Positions 27,978-38,631 are shown, numbered from the stretch's first letter. The stretch: DNA of 64,000 nt from an uncultured Desulfatitalea sp. (GCA_963668675.2 CAXXMB010000002.1:32001-96000), one strand, 5' to 3'. The notes: generated by a model not told the origin, from the sequence alone. Numbers and translations are program-made.

Positions 27978-29567
27978 CTATATCTTCCCTCCTCGTCGCT
28001 TGATCTCTTCGACAAGAATCAGTTCGCCCAGTTTCCCCGGCCGGCACAACACAGCCCTGCCCTTGTTGATGCGGGCCATTTCACGGGTGAACTCCAGCAG
28101 CACAGGGCTGTCGTCGAGCATGAAGGTTTCGATGTTCATCCCCTGGGCAGTGACCCGCTTCACTTCGGCCAGTGTGGCGATGCAAGCGTTGCGGCTGATG
28201 CCGTTGATGGTTTCGGGGAACTCGACATGCAGCGCTCCATCGATGTAGTAGGCGGTCGGCTGCCCGTCGGTAATGACCAGAACCCGGTTGTTGCGGTTTC
28301 CGCTGCGCTTGATCAGCTGCATGGCCAGTTGAAGCGCCCCTTGGAGATTGGTAAACGGGCGGTAGGCATCCCATACGGCCATGGCGAGTTCCCGCCCCTT
28401 GAGTTCCACGGCTTCCGTGGAGAAGCCGATGGTGTGGACCTTGTCCTTTGGAAAGCGTGAACGGATGTAGTGATCGAGCGCCAGGGCCACCTTCTTGGCG
28501 GCCTCGAACCGTCCGTCGCGTGACATGGACCAGGAGAGATCGAGCAGCACAGCTGTGGTGGTGGTCACCATCTGCTCCCGTTCGCGCACATAAAATGCTT
28601 CGGGATCCAGTGCGATGCCGCCGTCCGCCCCCTGCCCCCGTGGAATCGCGTTTAAGATGGTTTGGGTCAAGTCGAGGTCGAAACGATCACCGTAGGAATA
28701 GGGCCGCGAGGAGTCGGGCAGCAGCTCGCCTGTCTGGGGTGCGTTGCCCGGGTTCTCGCCACGGCGATCCTTTTTGATATGGTGGAACAGCTTGCCGAAG
28801 GCCGTCTCCCCCAGCGTCCGCAACCCCCGGGGGGTCATCTCGATGCCCCGCTCGCCGCTTTGAATCAGCTTCTCTTCCGACACCACGTTGGGCAGCTGCA
28901 GAAGAATGTTGAAGGAGGCTTTCGCCTCATCGCCCAGCATCTGCCTCAACTGCTCCTCATCGATCTGCTCGAACTGCCCCCGCAGCATCTGCTTCTGAAG
29001 CTGATCCAAGGCTTGGAACTGGCGCATCAGTTCGAGGGCCTGCTCGAAATCGAGGTGCTCCTCTCCAAAAAACCGATCGGCATATTCACTGTAGAAATCG
29101 TAAAGGTCGAGGATATCCTGCTCTCTCTTGTGCCAATTGTCGAACAGCTCCCTGCTCTCCTCGTTGATAAAATCGAACTTCTTCAGGGATCTGATCTTCT
29201 TAAGCAGACCGGCAGGCAATTCGTCATACGTCGGCGGCGGCGCTTCGCCGACCCTTCTTCTCGACATGGCCTCGTCTTCCAACAGAAACCTGAGGTCGTC
29301 CATCGGTTGGTCAAAAATTTTTTCGAGACTATACTGGGAGAAGAGATCCTCTTTCTGGGACTGGATCTGTTCGATCATCTCCTCCAGACCCATCACCCTG
29401 AAATCCATGCCGGCCAGCGGGAATCCCTCCCAGAGCATCTGGGCCATGGATGTGTTAGGAGACATGCCCTTCATGATATTCTCCATGAAGTGGTCGATGA
29501 TCTCCCGTTTCTTATCGCTGAACGGCTGTTGGGTGCCGTCCCAGCGCCTGTAGCGGAAACGCTTCAT
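27978..29567 (-). CDS. VWA domain-containing protein
   Basis: N-terminal FRYRRWDGTQ; MIDAS LDLSWSM; TNLQGAL; ITDGQPTA. Confidence 0.85.
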   Translation of the reverse strand: MKRFRYRRWDGTQQPFSDKKREIIDHFMENIMKGMSPNTSMAQMLWEGFPLAGMDFRVMGLEEMIEQIQSQKEDLFSQYSLEKIFDQPMDDLRFLLEDEAMSRRRVGEAPPPTYDELPAGLLKKIRSLKKFDFINEESRELFDNWHKREQDILDLYDFYSEYADRFFGEEHLDFEQALELMRQFQALDQLQKQMLRGQFEQIDEEQLRQMLGDEAKASFNILLQLPNVVSEEKLIQSGERGIEMTPRGLRTLGETAFGKLFHHIKKDRRGENPGNAPQTGELLPDSSRPYSYGDRFDLDLTQTILNAIPRGQGADGGIALDPEAFYVREREQMVTTTTAVLLDLSWSMSRDGRFEAAKKVALALDHYIRSRFPKDKVHTIGFSTEAVELKGRELAMAVWDAYRPFTNLQGALQLAMQLIKRSGNRNNRVLVITDGQPTAYYIDGALHVEFPETINGISRNACIATLAEVKRVTAQGMNIETFMLDDSPVLLEFTREMARINKGRAVLCRPGKLGELILVEEIKRRGGKI

Positions 29568-30964
29568 TTGTAAAGCACTCCGTTTTCGTGGGCTTCGCGA
29601 TTGAGTTTGTTGGAGAGGTGCAGGCCCTCGAGTACAAATTCAAGAGCGGCGGCAACCTGCGGGGCATCCTTGAGATCGGCCAACCGCTCGACGGCCGCCT
29701 CCATGCCCGGGATATACTTCAAACCGTCCAGGTAGGCGTCGGAGGGCTGAAAACGGGAGATCTCCACGCTCATTCCCTTTTCGAAGGCGGCGATAATCTC
29801 AGCGAGCCCATCGATCTGGAAATGGGTATCGAACACGCTTTTGATCGCCCGGTGCGCCAGGTTGTCGACGATATCGTTGCCGTTGTTCTCCTGCACCTGG
29901 TACTCGAGCTCCAGTTTGCCGGAGATGGCCGGATAGGTCATCTCGATATCGGTGATTCGGGGCACCGCAACGGTTTCACCCAACTCCAGGCAGCGGCGCA
30001 CGGCGCTTCCGAGAATCGCTTCGTAACTGCGAATCGAGACTCTGCAGCTGACCCCCGAGTGCTGGTTGATCTCCGAACTGCTGCGGGCCTGGAAGGTCAT
30101 CTCCGCCAGGATATCCTTCATAAAGTCGGGTATGCATGTCTCTATGCCGTCGACGGGCAGCTCCCGCGCCTCCTGCTCCATGATCGCTATCTCGTGCCGC
30201 TTCTTCTGGGGATAATGGGTTCGGATCTGGGCGTCGAAACGGTCCTTCAACGGCGTAATAATCCGCCCCCTGTTGGTGTAATCCTCGGGGTTGGCGGTGG
30301 CCACAATAAAAATATCCAGCGGCAGACGGACCGGGAAGCCTTTGATCTGAAAATCGCTCTCCTCCATGATGTTGAAGAAGGCGACCTGGATCTTCTCGGC
30401 CAGGTCGGGCAGTTCGTTGATGGCGAAGATGCCGCGGTGCGCCCTGGGAACGAGTCCGAAATGGATGGCCGCTTCGTCGTCGAGCGTTCTGCCCTGGGCG
30501 ATCTTGATCGGGTCCACCTCGCCGATCAGGTCGGCGGTGCTCACATCCGATGTGGCCAGTTTCTCCACCAGCCGCCGCTCCTTGGGAATGTATGCGATGG
30601 GAAGATTGCCGCCCATCTCGGCCTTGCGTTGCCGACAGGCGCTGCAGATGGGGCGGAAGGGGTCGTCGTTGATGGGACACCCTTCGATGGCGGGCATCTC
30701 GTCATCCAGAAAATCGATCATGTGGCGAATCATGCGGCTTTTGCCCTGTCCCCGCTCGCCGAGAAAGATGATGTTGTGGCCGCAGAGAATCGCATTGATC
30801 AGGGCGGGCATGACGGTCTCATCATAACCGATCATGTCGGCAAAGAGCGGTCTCTTCTCTTTTAGCTTGCGAATCAGGTTACTTCTCATCTCCTGACGGA
30901 TGTCGGGCAAGCTGGAGATCTTGCGCTTCAGCTCCCCAAATGTGCGGGGCTTTTTCTGGGGCAT
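29564..30964 (-). CDS. AAA+ ATPase (Mg-chelatase ChlI/MoxR-like)
   Basis: GERGQGKS Walker A; DLIGEVDPIK; INELPDL; ANPEDYTNRGRIITPLKDRF. Confidence 0.85.
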   Translation of the reverse strand: MPQKKPRTFGELKRKISSLPDIRQEMRSNLIRKLKEKRPLFADMIGYDETVMPALINAILCGHNIIFLGERGQGKSRMIRHMIDFLDDEMPAIEGCPINDDPFRPICSACRQRKAEMGGNLPIAYIPKERRLVEKLATSDVSTADLIGEVDPIKIAQGRTLDDEAAIHFGLVPRAHRGIFAINELPDLAEKIQVAFFNIMEESDFQIKGFPVRLPLDIFIVATANPEDYTNRGRIITPLKDRFDAQIRTHYPQKKRHEIAIMEQEARELPVDGIETCIPDFMKDILAEMTFQARSSSEINQHSGVSCRVSIRSYEAILGSAVRRCLELGETVAVPRITDIEMTYPAISGKLELEYQVQENNGNDIVDNLAHRAIKSVFDTHFQIDGLAEIIAAFEKGMSVEISRFQPSDAYLDGLKYIPGMEAAVERLADLKDAPQVAAALEFVLEGLHLSNKLNREAHENGVLYK

Positions 30965-31148
30965 AACGACTCCTTGCGGTGGTGATTTCAGTGAATGGTG
31001 GCGATCATCCCAATCGAGCAGTCGGGTGGAACAGATTAAAACTGTGTTCCATTTCATATCACAACGCCCGTTTGCACAGAAGTGTTTATCGACAAGAGCT
31101 GGAGAGGCAGAAGAGATAGCGGGCAGGCAAGCGCAGCAGGGGCGTTTT

Positions 31149-32048
31149 CTACGGTGCGGGCAGTGCGATGTCGCCGGTTTGAATATCAGCGGGCTCTTCC
31201 AGCGTAGCCCGGGCCGTGGTCTCCTCTACAGTAGCAATACGAATGTCGCCCAGCTTGTAACCAGGGGCGATAAAGCGCTCCCCGTTCTGGCCGGCAAGAA
31301 CACGTCGCCCTTCATACAGGGAGAGACGGTCACCCGCTTTGAGTCCGGCGGTGCGGCCGGCGGCCAGCATCACGCCCTGGCCATCCACGGCGATGACCGA
31401 AGCCATCCATCGGCCATCGGCCATGCGATCGGCTGCCAATTCACCCAGCACCTCTCCATGATCGGCGGCGGCCTCATCGACCTCCGCTATGGTGCCCTGC
31501 ACTCCTGCCATAAGGGCCTCGTATTCGTCCATGGAGATCCTAACGGTCTCATCCGTCACCTCGCTCACAATTTTGGCGCCGGTGAACGTATCATATACAT
31601 CCAGCGCCACAACCAGGTTGACGTAACCGCGCTCTTTGCGAAACATCCAGAGCCCCTTCTTTTCCTTTATCGGCGAAGCACCCCACAGGCCCGCCTGGAG
31701 AAGGTAGTGATAGCCTTGCATACGTGCGCCTTCTGCCGCTAAGGATAGAGGGCCGGAAAGGGCCGGGATGCCACCGTCCTGAAGTGTGATCAGCTCCAGA
31801 CGATCACTTTTGTCGCGGATGGTGTCGACCACACTCTGGAAAAAGATCGTTTCGATCTGGCCTGCGAACGGTGTGCCCCTGCCCGGTTTCAGAACGATGG
31901 CTGCCCGTTTGAGGTAGGGTCGATCGTCGGTCGAGGCTTCGAAGTAGGTTTCGCGCAGCTCTATGCGCTTATAGGGGTCTTTGGCACAGGCGCCTAATAG
32001 AGCGCAGATCATTACTATGAAAAACAACACAACGGGGGTCTTGCGCAT
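31149..32048 (-). CDS. lipoprotein with FlgT-C-like C-terminal domain
   Basis: Lipobox LLGA-C; C-terminal LAAGRTAGLKAGDRLSLY...GDIRIATVEETTARA. Confidence 0.6.
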   Translation of the reverse strand: MRKTPVVLFFIVMICALLGACAKDPYKRIELRETYFEASTDDRPYLKRAAIVLKPGRGTPFAGQIETIFFQSVVDTIRDKSDRLELITLQDGGIPALSGPLSLAAEGARMQGYHYLLQAGLWGASPIKEKKGLWMFRKERGYVNLVVALDVYDTFTGAKIVSEVTDETVRISMDEYEALMAGVQGTIAEVDEAAADHGEVLGELAADRMADGRWMASVIAVDGQGVMLAAGRTAGLKAGDRLSLYEGRRVLAGQNGERFIAPGYKLGDIRIATVEETTARATLEEPADIQTGDIALPAP

Positions 32049-32072
32049 TCGTCGAAATCTCCGATCGCCGTT

Positions 32073-32483
32073 TTATGCTTCTTCCACCGGATAACTGACC
32101 GCCACATCCGTGGTGATACCGCCCCTGGCGGAGAAAGATCCGAGGACCTCCATCCAGCGTGGGGCCAGGGCCGCCACCAGATCGTCCAGAATGCGATTGA
32201 CCACATGCTCGTAGAAAATCCCCACATTGCGGTACTGCAGCAGGTAAAACTTCAAGGATTTGAGCTCGATGATCTTCTCGGACGGGCAGTATTTTATGGT
32301 TATCGTTCCGAAATCCGGCAAGCCGGTCATGGGACATACCGATGTGAATTCGGGCTGGTGAATGGTCACCGTTATGTCCCGATGCCCCTGGTAAGCGTAT
32401 GCTATGGGCTCAAGCAGGTCCGTACGAACCGATGAGACCGCCTCGATGGCATAAGGCACGTTGTGTCTGGTTTGGTCGGTCAT
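32073..32483 (-). CDS. queF: NADPH-dependent 7-cyano-7-deazaguanine reductase (preQ1 synthase)
   Basis: EFTSVCPMTGLPDF; ELKSLKFYL; ARGGITT. Confidence 0.93.
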   Translation of the reverse strand: MTDQTRHNVPYAIEAVSSVRTDLLEPIAYAYQGHRDITVTIHQPEFTSVCPMTGLPDFGTITIKYCPSEKIIELKSLKFYLLQYRNVGIFYEHVVNRILDDLVAALAPRWMEVLGSFSARGGITTDVAVSYPVEEA

Positions 32484-32749
32484 AACACTATATTTCCCCG
32501 ATAAGCCCTGGCGGGCTGCTATCTGCTGAAATCAGAAGAACATAGAGAATTTCAGGCGCCCTGTCAAACAGAGTTCTCCACCGTGACCCGGGCGACCTGA
32601 CAAGGGGCGGAAATGATGTGCACTCCATAAAACCATAAGGAGAACGACCCTCTGTGCACAACGCAACAGCCACCCGAGGCAAGCCTTGACATCTCTCCCG
32701 GCAATTGTTAACAAACCAAAATTATTACATATAAAAAGCGAGATAGACC

Positions 32750-32953
32750 ATGGCAAAAGAATCGGTCCAGGCTCAAGTCCTGCGGGCAAGCAAGGAGATT
32801 GCGGTCAAATTCATCGAGGTCGGCAGGCTCTCTCCCAGCAACTTCGCTGAAACGTTCAAAACCATCTATGCGGCCATTGATGAAACGGTAAGGAATGGTG
32901 AAGAGGACGCCGCAGCCGAATCCGGCGACGGCGCCCGTAAAGATCCCAAATAA
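32750..32953 (+). CDS. small conserved hypothetical protein
   Basis: LRASKEIAVKFIEVGRLSPSNF helix motif recalled from deltaproteobacterial small proteins; divergent from queF. Confidence 0.65.
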   Translation: MAKESVQAQVLRASKEIAVKFIEVGRLSPSNFAETFKTIYAAIDETVRNGEEDAAAESGDGARKDPK

Positions 32954-32973
32954 TAGAGACCGGACCTGCGGGG

Positions 32974-33804
32974 CTATTCTGCTGCAGGCAAGCCCTTTTC
33001 AAAGGCCCCGTTGAATCTGGCCAGGGCATCGTGGAGTCGATCAGCAATATGGTCGACCATGTCGGCACCCAGCGGATCGAAGGAGGCCATCTGCTCCCGG
33101 TAGTCCTCGAGCAATTGATCCACAAACGACAACATCCGCTCCATGGGTGTCTGAGCGTCAGCGACGGTCTGGGCCATCTCACCGGCCACCGTGCCGGCCT
33201 CCTCCATCAACTGCATCACGGATGACGGATGCGCCTCCGGCACTTGCGGTGCCTGGGCGGTTGCCGGCAGATCCGCTCCGGCCGTGCCGGTGTATTCGGC
33301 CGCGATCTGTGTCTGTTCGGCCACCAGGACCTGCCGTTCATAAGAGAACTGAGCGTCGAGACCAGCGATAGAGTCCAACCCCTGCAGTCTCCTTGCGCCT
33401 CTCAACATGGGTTTCATACGCCCTTCACTGAAATTGTGCATCATTCGGTCCAGCGCCTTGAGCGCCTTGCGAATGTCACGCCGCTCTTCCCGGTTCAAAT
33501 CCCCCTCAACCGTAAAGGTCATCTCGCGCTCATAGAGCGCTGCCGTCAATTCGCTCTTCTGGTAGGTCGCCCCCTCTTTGTCCATCTCGAGGCTCTCGTA
33601 GGTGCCGTACAGGGCTGCAGTCTTGGCATCCAGTGAAATGGTCACCTTGTCGCCCTCCTGCGTCACCAGGCTAATATCCATCTGCCGGCTGGTGCTCACT
33701 GCGGCCACCTTGGTCTCCTCGGCCTGGAAAGAACGCATATAGGCATCGAGGTCGCCGCTCGATTGAAATGCAGGGACAGAGGTAATGTTGGTCTCCATGA
33801 TCAT
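32974..33804 (-). CDS. hypothetical protein, probably FliA-dependent
   Basis: AAAGGAG RBS; VTQEGDKVTISL...FTVEGDLNREERRDI motif; sigma-28 promoter upstream. Confidence 0.7.
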   Translation of the reverse strand: MIMETNITSVPAFQSSGDLDAYMRSFQAEETKVAAVSTSRQMDISLVTQEGDKVTISLDAKTAALYGTYESLEMDKEGATYQKSELTAALYEREMTFTVEGDLNREERRDIRKALKALDRMMHNFSEGRMKPMLRGARRLQGLDSIAGLDAQFSYERQVLVAEQTQIAAEYTGTAGADLPATAQAPQVPEAHPSSVMQLMEEAGTVAGEMAQTVADAQTPMERMLSFVDQLLEDYREQMASFDPLGADMVDHIADRLHDALARFNGAFEKGLPAAE

Positions 33805-33925
33805 ATCTCCTTTAGCTGAAAACAATATGCAAGACAGGGATCGTGGGGTAAGCGAGGGCGGAATGCGGAAGTCACGTACCGTTGTTAACGAGGGCTCCGG
33901 CTCCCCAAATGGTCTGCTATAAAGG

Positions 33926-33952
33926 ATATCGACCTTAGGTGGGCGAACTTTA
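33926..33952 (-). promoter_or_regulatory. sigma-28 (FliA) promoter
   Basis: Minus strand TAAA-N15-GTCGATAT vs consensus TAAA-N15-GCCGATAA. Confidence 0.6.
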
Positions 33953-34011
33953 GCAAGGAGAGGTGTTATTTGAGAAAGTGCCGATCGGTTGCGGTTTTGC
34001 GAACCGTACAA

Positions 34012-34048
34012 AATCCCCCCCGGCCCCCCCTTTGTAAAAGGGGGGAGT
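34012..34048. repeat. short palindromic intergenic repeat (CCCCCCTTnnnAAGGGGGG type)
   Basis: CCCCCCCTTTGTAAAAGGGGGGAG hairpin after sppA; degenerate relative near 10157-10200. Confidence 0.5.
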
Positions 34049-34078
34049 TTTTATGCTGCGTCTCCGGAAGAGTCGTGT

Positions 34079-35068
34079 CTATTGAGCGAGCGCTGCCGGC
34101 CAGATGTAGCAAAAATCCGCTTCACCGGCGGCGGTCAAGGGGGACAACATCGGCAACAGCGATTCGATGTCGCCGCTTTGATGAACGATGCTGGGGTTGT
34201 AGATGGTATCGTCCTCTGCTTCATACCTTCGGTAGGTGATGACACGCGCATCGGCCGGCAATGCGGCAAGCTCTTTGGCTTTAGCGACGGCATCGTCGAG
34301 ATATCCGATCTGATCGACAAGTCCCAGGCGTTGCGCCTCGGGCGCCAGGAAGATCCGTGCCGAAGCGATCCTCTCCCGCTGTGCCGGCGTCAGGTTTCGA
34401 TGTTTGACGACAAGGGAGAGGAAGCGCTCGGCCATCTCGTCGGTCAGCTCCTGGAAGATAGCCTTCTCCTTGTCTGTGGGCGGACGAAACGGCGACCCCA
34501 TATCCTTCTGTTCGCCCGAAGTGCTCACCGCCACCGAGAGCCCCACCTTCTCCATCAGCCCGCTCACACCCGGCCGCATGAAGATCACACCGATGGAACC
34601 GGTCACGGTTGTGGGATGGGCCATAATGTGGTCGGCCGGAAGCGAGATGTAGTAAGCACCGGAGGCGGCCACATTCATCATGGAGACGATGATCTTAACG
34701 CCCGTGCGTTTCTTGTAGGCGCTGATCTCATGGTAGAGGATATCGCTGGCGGTGACGGTGCCGCCGGGCGAATTGACCTTGATCAGCAGTGCCTTGATCT
34801 CGGGGTCCTTCTCGGCGTGTTTTAGATAGGCGACCGTCTGCTGCAGCAGGCTGGGACGGCTGCGAACCAGCTGTTTCTTGGGTTTGCTCGAAATCACCCC
34901 CTCGACGGGGAGCACCAGGATTTTACCCCGGGCTGTGCCCTGTAACGTAATCTCTTTGAGCGGTCCGGATGGCTCGCCGAAAAGGGAAACCCTGGGCAAC
35001 GAGCATCCGGCCACAGCCAGGACCAAGATAGTGAGGATGGCCAGCATCGGGAGTGACGTTCTGTTCAT
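34079..35068 (-). CDS. sppA: signal peptide peptidase SppA (S49)
   Basis: Lipobox VAGC; VNSPGGTV; AASGAYY; TGSIGV. Confidence 0.9.
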   Translation of the reverse strand: MNRTSLPMLAILTILVLAVAGCSLPRVSLFGEPSGPLKEITLQGTARGKILVLPVEGVISSKPKKQLVRSRPSLLQQTVAYLKHAEKDPEIKALLIKVNSPGGTVTASDILYHEISAYKKRTGVKIIVSMMNVAASGAYYISLPADHIMAHPTTVTGSIGVIFMRPGVSGLMEKVGLSVAVSTSGEQKDMGSPFRPPTDKEKAIFQELTDEMAERFLSLVVKHRNLTPAQRERIASARIFLAPEAQRLGLVDQIGYLDDAVAKAKELAALPADARVITYRRYEAEDDTIYNPSIVHQSGDIESLLPMLSPLTAAGEADFCYIWPAALAQ

Positions 35069-35115
35069 GGGGAGTGTCCTCCATTCTTTCAAGTTGGAAC
35101 TTTTATTGAAAAGTG

Positions 35116-37824
35116 TTAATGGGCTTCGGCCCAATTGCGGCCATGGGCCACATTTACCTTGAGCGGCACCTTGAGCACCCAGACCGTCTCCATGATCTCA
35201 GGCACCATTTGTTGAATCGTCTCCAGCTCCCCGGCCGGCACTTCGAAAACGACCTCGTCGTGAACCGAGAGCAGCATGGTTGTTTGCAACTTTCGATCCT
35301 TGAGTGCGGCGGCGATACGGATCATGGCCACCTTGATCATGTCGGCCGCCGTTCCCTGGATGGGGGTGTTGATAGCCGTCCGTTCGGCAAACTGGCGCAG
35401 GTTGGCATTGCGGCTGTTGATGTCGGGTACCTGACGGATGCGCCCCAGCAGGGTACTGATGCGTCCGGTCTCGCGGGCCTCGGCAATCGTGCGCTCCATA
35501 TAGGCTTTGATGCCGCTGTAGCGCTCAAAATAGTGATCGATGTAAGACTGGGCCATTTTGGGGCTGATACCCAGCTCACGGGAGAGGCCATATGCACTCA
35601 TGCCGTACATGATGCCGAAATTGATCGCCTTGGCCTGCCGGCGCAGCTCGCCGGGCACATCTTCCAGGGGGGTCTGAAACACTTCACTGGCAGTGCGCGC
35701 GTGAATATCTTCATCCCTTTCGAAGGATTGGATTAGGATGGGATCGTCGGCATAGTGGGCCAGAATGCGCAGTTCGATCTGGGAGTAGTCGGCCGACAGC
35801 AGAAACCACTGCGGCCGGGCGACAAAGGCCTTGCGGATCTCCCGGCCCTCCTCGGTGCGGATAGGGATGTTCTGCAGGTTGGGATCGGAACTGCTCAAGC
35901 GGCCCGTGGCGGCAACGGTCTGATTGAACGAGGTGTGGATGCGACCGGTGGTGGCATCCACCTGGTCGAGCAACGCATCCACATAGGTGGATTTGAGTTT
36001 GGCCATCCCCCTGTGGCGCAAGAGCAGCGCCGGCAATTCATGCTGCTCGGCCAGCCGGGTCAACACCTCTACGTCGGTGGAGTAGCCGGTCTTCTTTTTG
36101 GTCTTTTTCACGGTTGGCAACTGAAGCTTTTCAAACAGGATGCGCCCCAGTTGCTGGGATGAGTTGACATTGAAGGTTTCACCGGCCGTGGCGTAGATAT
36201 CGCTCTCCAACTGCTGCAACTGCTGCTGCAACATTTTGGAGAGTTCGTGCAGTTTGTCCTGATCGATAGGGATGCCGGCCATCTCCATCTCCATCAGCAC
36301 CGGCACCAGGGGCATCTCCACCTCGTCAAGCAGCGGGATCAGCCCCAACGCCTCCAACTGGGGGTGCAGGACGTCATAGGCCCTCAACGTGATGTCGGCA
36401 TCTTCGCAGGCATAAGGTACGGCTTCATCGAGCATCACCTGGTCGAAGGTCACGGCCTTCTTGCCCTTGCCGGCCACATCCGCGTAGCTGATGTTTTTGT
36501 GGCCGAGAAAATCGAGGGCGATCTGGTCCAGACCGTGCGATCGCTTGGAGGGGTTGAGCAGGTAGGAGCCCAGCATGGTGTCGAAGCGCACCCCGGCCAG
36601 ATCGGCGCCGTGGCGCTTGAGAACGATCCAGTCATACTTGATGTTCTGCCCGATCTTTTCGATGGCGGGATCCATCAGAACCGGTTTGAGCCGTTCGAGG
36701 ACATCCTCGCGCTTGAGCTGCTCGGGCGCGCCGATATAACGGTGCCCCACTGGTATGTAGTAGGCCCGATATGGCTCTATGGCGAAGGAAAGCCCCACCA
36801 AAAGAGCCTCCAGCGGATTCTGGGAGGTGGTCTCGGTATCCAGCGCAAAGCGGGGGCACCGTTCGAGCCGGGCCACCAACGCCTCCAGCTCCTGTGGTGT
36901 AATAATGGCCTTGTAGTCGGTCTCCGGCTCAGGGCGCGACTGCTGGAACTCTTGCTGCAGTTGCCGGAACTCCAGCTTTTGAAACAGCTCTCCCAGTATC
37001 TCCGCATCGGGTGGCTGGACGACAAACTGCTCCACATCGAACGAGACCGGTACCTCCCGATGGATGGTCACCAGCTCCCTGCTCAACAGCGCCTTCTCTT
37101 GATGGGCAATCAGATTTTCCTTCTGTTTCTTGGCGGTCACCTCGTCGATGCGCTCATAGAGGTCGTCCATGCTGCCGAAGCGCTGAATCAGGGCGGCGGC
37201 CGACTTGGGACCGATCCCGGGCACGCCAGGTACATTGTCAGCGGCATCCCCGGAGAGCCCCATCATGTCGATCAACTGGGAGGGTTGCAGGCCAAACGCC
37301 TTGTCGATCTCAGGCTTGTCGATCGTCTTGTCCTTCATGGGATCCCAGATGGTGGCATGATCACTCACCAGCTGCATGAAATCCTTGTCGCCGGTGACCA
37401 TAACCACATCGTAACCTTCAATCTCGGCCATACGGGCATAGGTGCCGATCAGATCGTCGGCCTCGAAGCCGGCCATCTCGATCACGGGGATGTTGAAGCC
37501 GGCGGTGACCTCCTTGATGAGAGGCAGCTGCACCACCAGATCCTCCGGCATGGGCGGCCGGTTGGCCTTGTAGTCCGAATAGCGCTCATGGCGGAACGTC
37601 GGTCCCTTGGCATCGAAAAACATGGCCATGTGCCCGGGGCTGCGGTCCTGGATCAGCTTGATCAGCATGCGCGTAAAGCCGAAAACGGCATTGGTGGGCA
37701 TCCCCTTTGAGTTGCTCAAACCGCGAACGGCGTGAAACGCTCTGTAGACATAGGCACTGCCGTCAATCAAATAGAGACAGGGACGCGCCGTCTCCTGGCG
37801 TTCAGATGGGGTCTCTGGGTTCAT
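35116..37824 (-). CDS. polA: DNA polymerase I
   Basis: LIDGSAYVYRAFHA 5'-3' exonuclease; ALDTET; TGRLSSSDPNLQNIP; ADYSQIELR; VHDE. Confidence 0.97.
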   Translation of the reverse strand: MNPETPSERQETARPCLYLIDGSAYVYRAFHAVRGLSNSKGMPTNAVFGFTRMLIKLIQDRSPGHMAMFFDAKGPTFRHERYSDYKANRPPMPEDLVVQLPLIKEVTAGFNIPVIEMAGFEADDLIGTYARMAEIEGYDVVMVTGDKDFMQLVSDHATIWDPMKDKTIDKPEIDKAFGLQPSQLIDMMGLSGDAADNVPGVPGIGPKSAAALIQRFGSMDDLYERIDEVTAKKQKENLIAHQEKALLSRELVTIHREVPVSFDVEQFVVQPPDAEILGELFQKLEFRQLQQEFQQSRPEPETDYKAIITPQELEALVARLERCPRFALDTETTSQNPLEALLVGLSFAIEPYRAYYIPVGHRYIGAPEQLKREDVLERLKPVLMDPAIEKIGQNIKYDWIVLKRHGADLAGVRFDTMLGSYLLNPSKRSHGLDQIALDFLGHKNISYADVAGKGKKAVTFDQVMLDEAVPYACEDADITLRAYDVLHPQLEALGLIPLLDEVEMPLVPVLMEMEMAGIPIDQDKLHELSKMLQQQLQQLESDIYATAGETFNVNSSQQLGRILFEKLQLPTVKKTKKKTGYSTDVEVLTRLAEQHELPALLLRHRGMAKLKSTYVDALLDQVDATTGRIHTSFNQTVAATGRLSSSDPNLQNIPIRTEEGREIRKAFVARPQWFLLSADYSQIELRILAHYADDPILIQSFERDEDIHARTASEVFQTPLEDVPGELRRQAKAINFGIMYGMSAYGLSRELGISPKMAQSYIDHYFERYSGIKAYMERTIAEARETGRISTLLGRIRQVPDINSRNANLRQFAERTAINTPIQGTAADMIKVAMIRIAAALKDRKLQTTMLLSVHDEVVFEVPAGELETIQQMVPEIMETVWVLKVPLKVNVAHGRNWAEAH

Positions 37825-38101
37825 CTATATCCTCTTATAGGGTCCTTTTATAGGGTCCTCGGTCCGGTTTCTCTTATCCCGGTTCTCTTGTCCTGGGGGG
37901 TTTCGGCGTTGTCGGCCAGTGCATGTGGGCGCTGCTTGACAGCCTGAATCGTCTGAGTTAGCTTCGATCCGGCTTTCGAACCACGGCCGGGCGTGAACGA
38001 CGGCGGTTCAGGTCTACTAACATGGATAAAAAAAAACGACAAGGCAGCCGGCGCAGCGCCGACGCTCCTTTTGAAACGTTGAAAATGACGAAGAAGACGA
38101 T

Positions 38102-38326
38102 ATGAGCACGCCCCCCTCCTCCTCCCGTCGCAAACGGCGCTGGCGGCGGCCGTCACAGCAGCAATGCCAATGTTGCCGCCGGACGTTCCCCTTCTGCTGG
38201 CGCTGCAGATGCGGCTTCGAAATCTGCCAGGACTGCATGCAGGAAAACCTCTGGGGCATGTCGTGCAACGGGATCACCTGGCAATGTCCGGATTGCGGCG
38301 AACTGAACGGATTCGGCAATCAATAG
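38102..38326 (+). CDS. small Arg/Cys-rich (zinc-finger-like) protein
   Basis: 74 aa with 11 Cys: CQCC, CWRCRCG, CQDC, C, CPDC; divergent from polA. Confidence 0.6.
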   Translation: MSTPPSSSRRKRRWRRPSQQQCQCCRRTFPFCWRCRCGFEICQDCMQENLWGMSCNGITWQCPDCGELNGFGNQ

Positions 38327-38631
38327 GATTGTCGTTTCCCTCATCCACCGAACCACTCATACCACCCGATCTGCAACACTTTTGCCCCTAAATACATACC
38401 AGTTTACTATGAATCGAATCAAGAACTCGGAAAATGTGACGATAAAGAATACAACGACGACCCCTTTCCAACAAAATTATGGACGATATGGGGGACTTAT
38501 TGCTATGGTGTCAGTTGTCATCCCGAAACGTCGGTTCGCCTGGGGAAACCGTGTTCGGATAATTTATAAGAGGACGGGACGGTTGGGATCACGTTCTCAT
38601 CGACACCGTCAACTGCGTTGGGGAACGTTGT

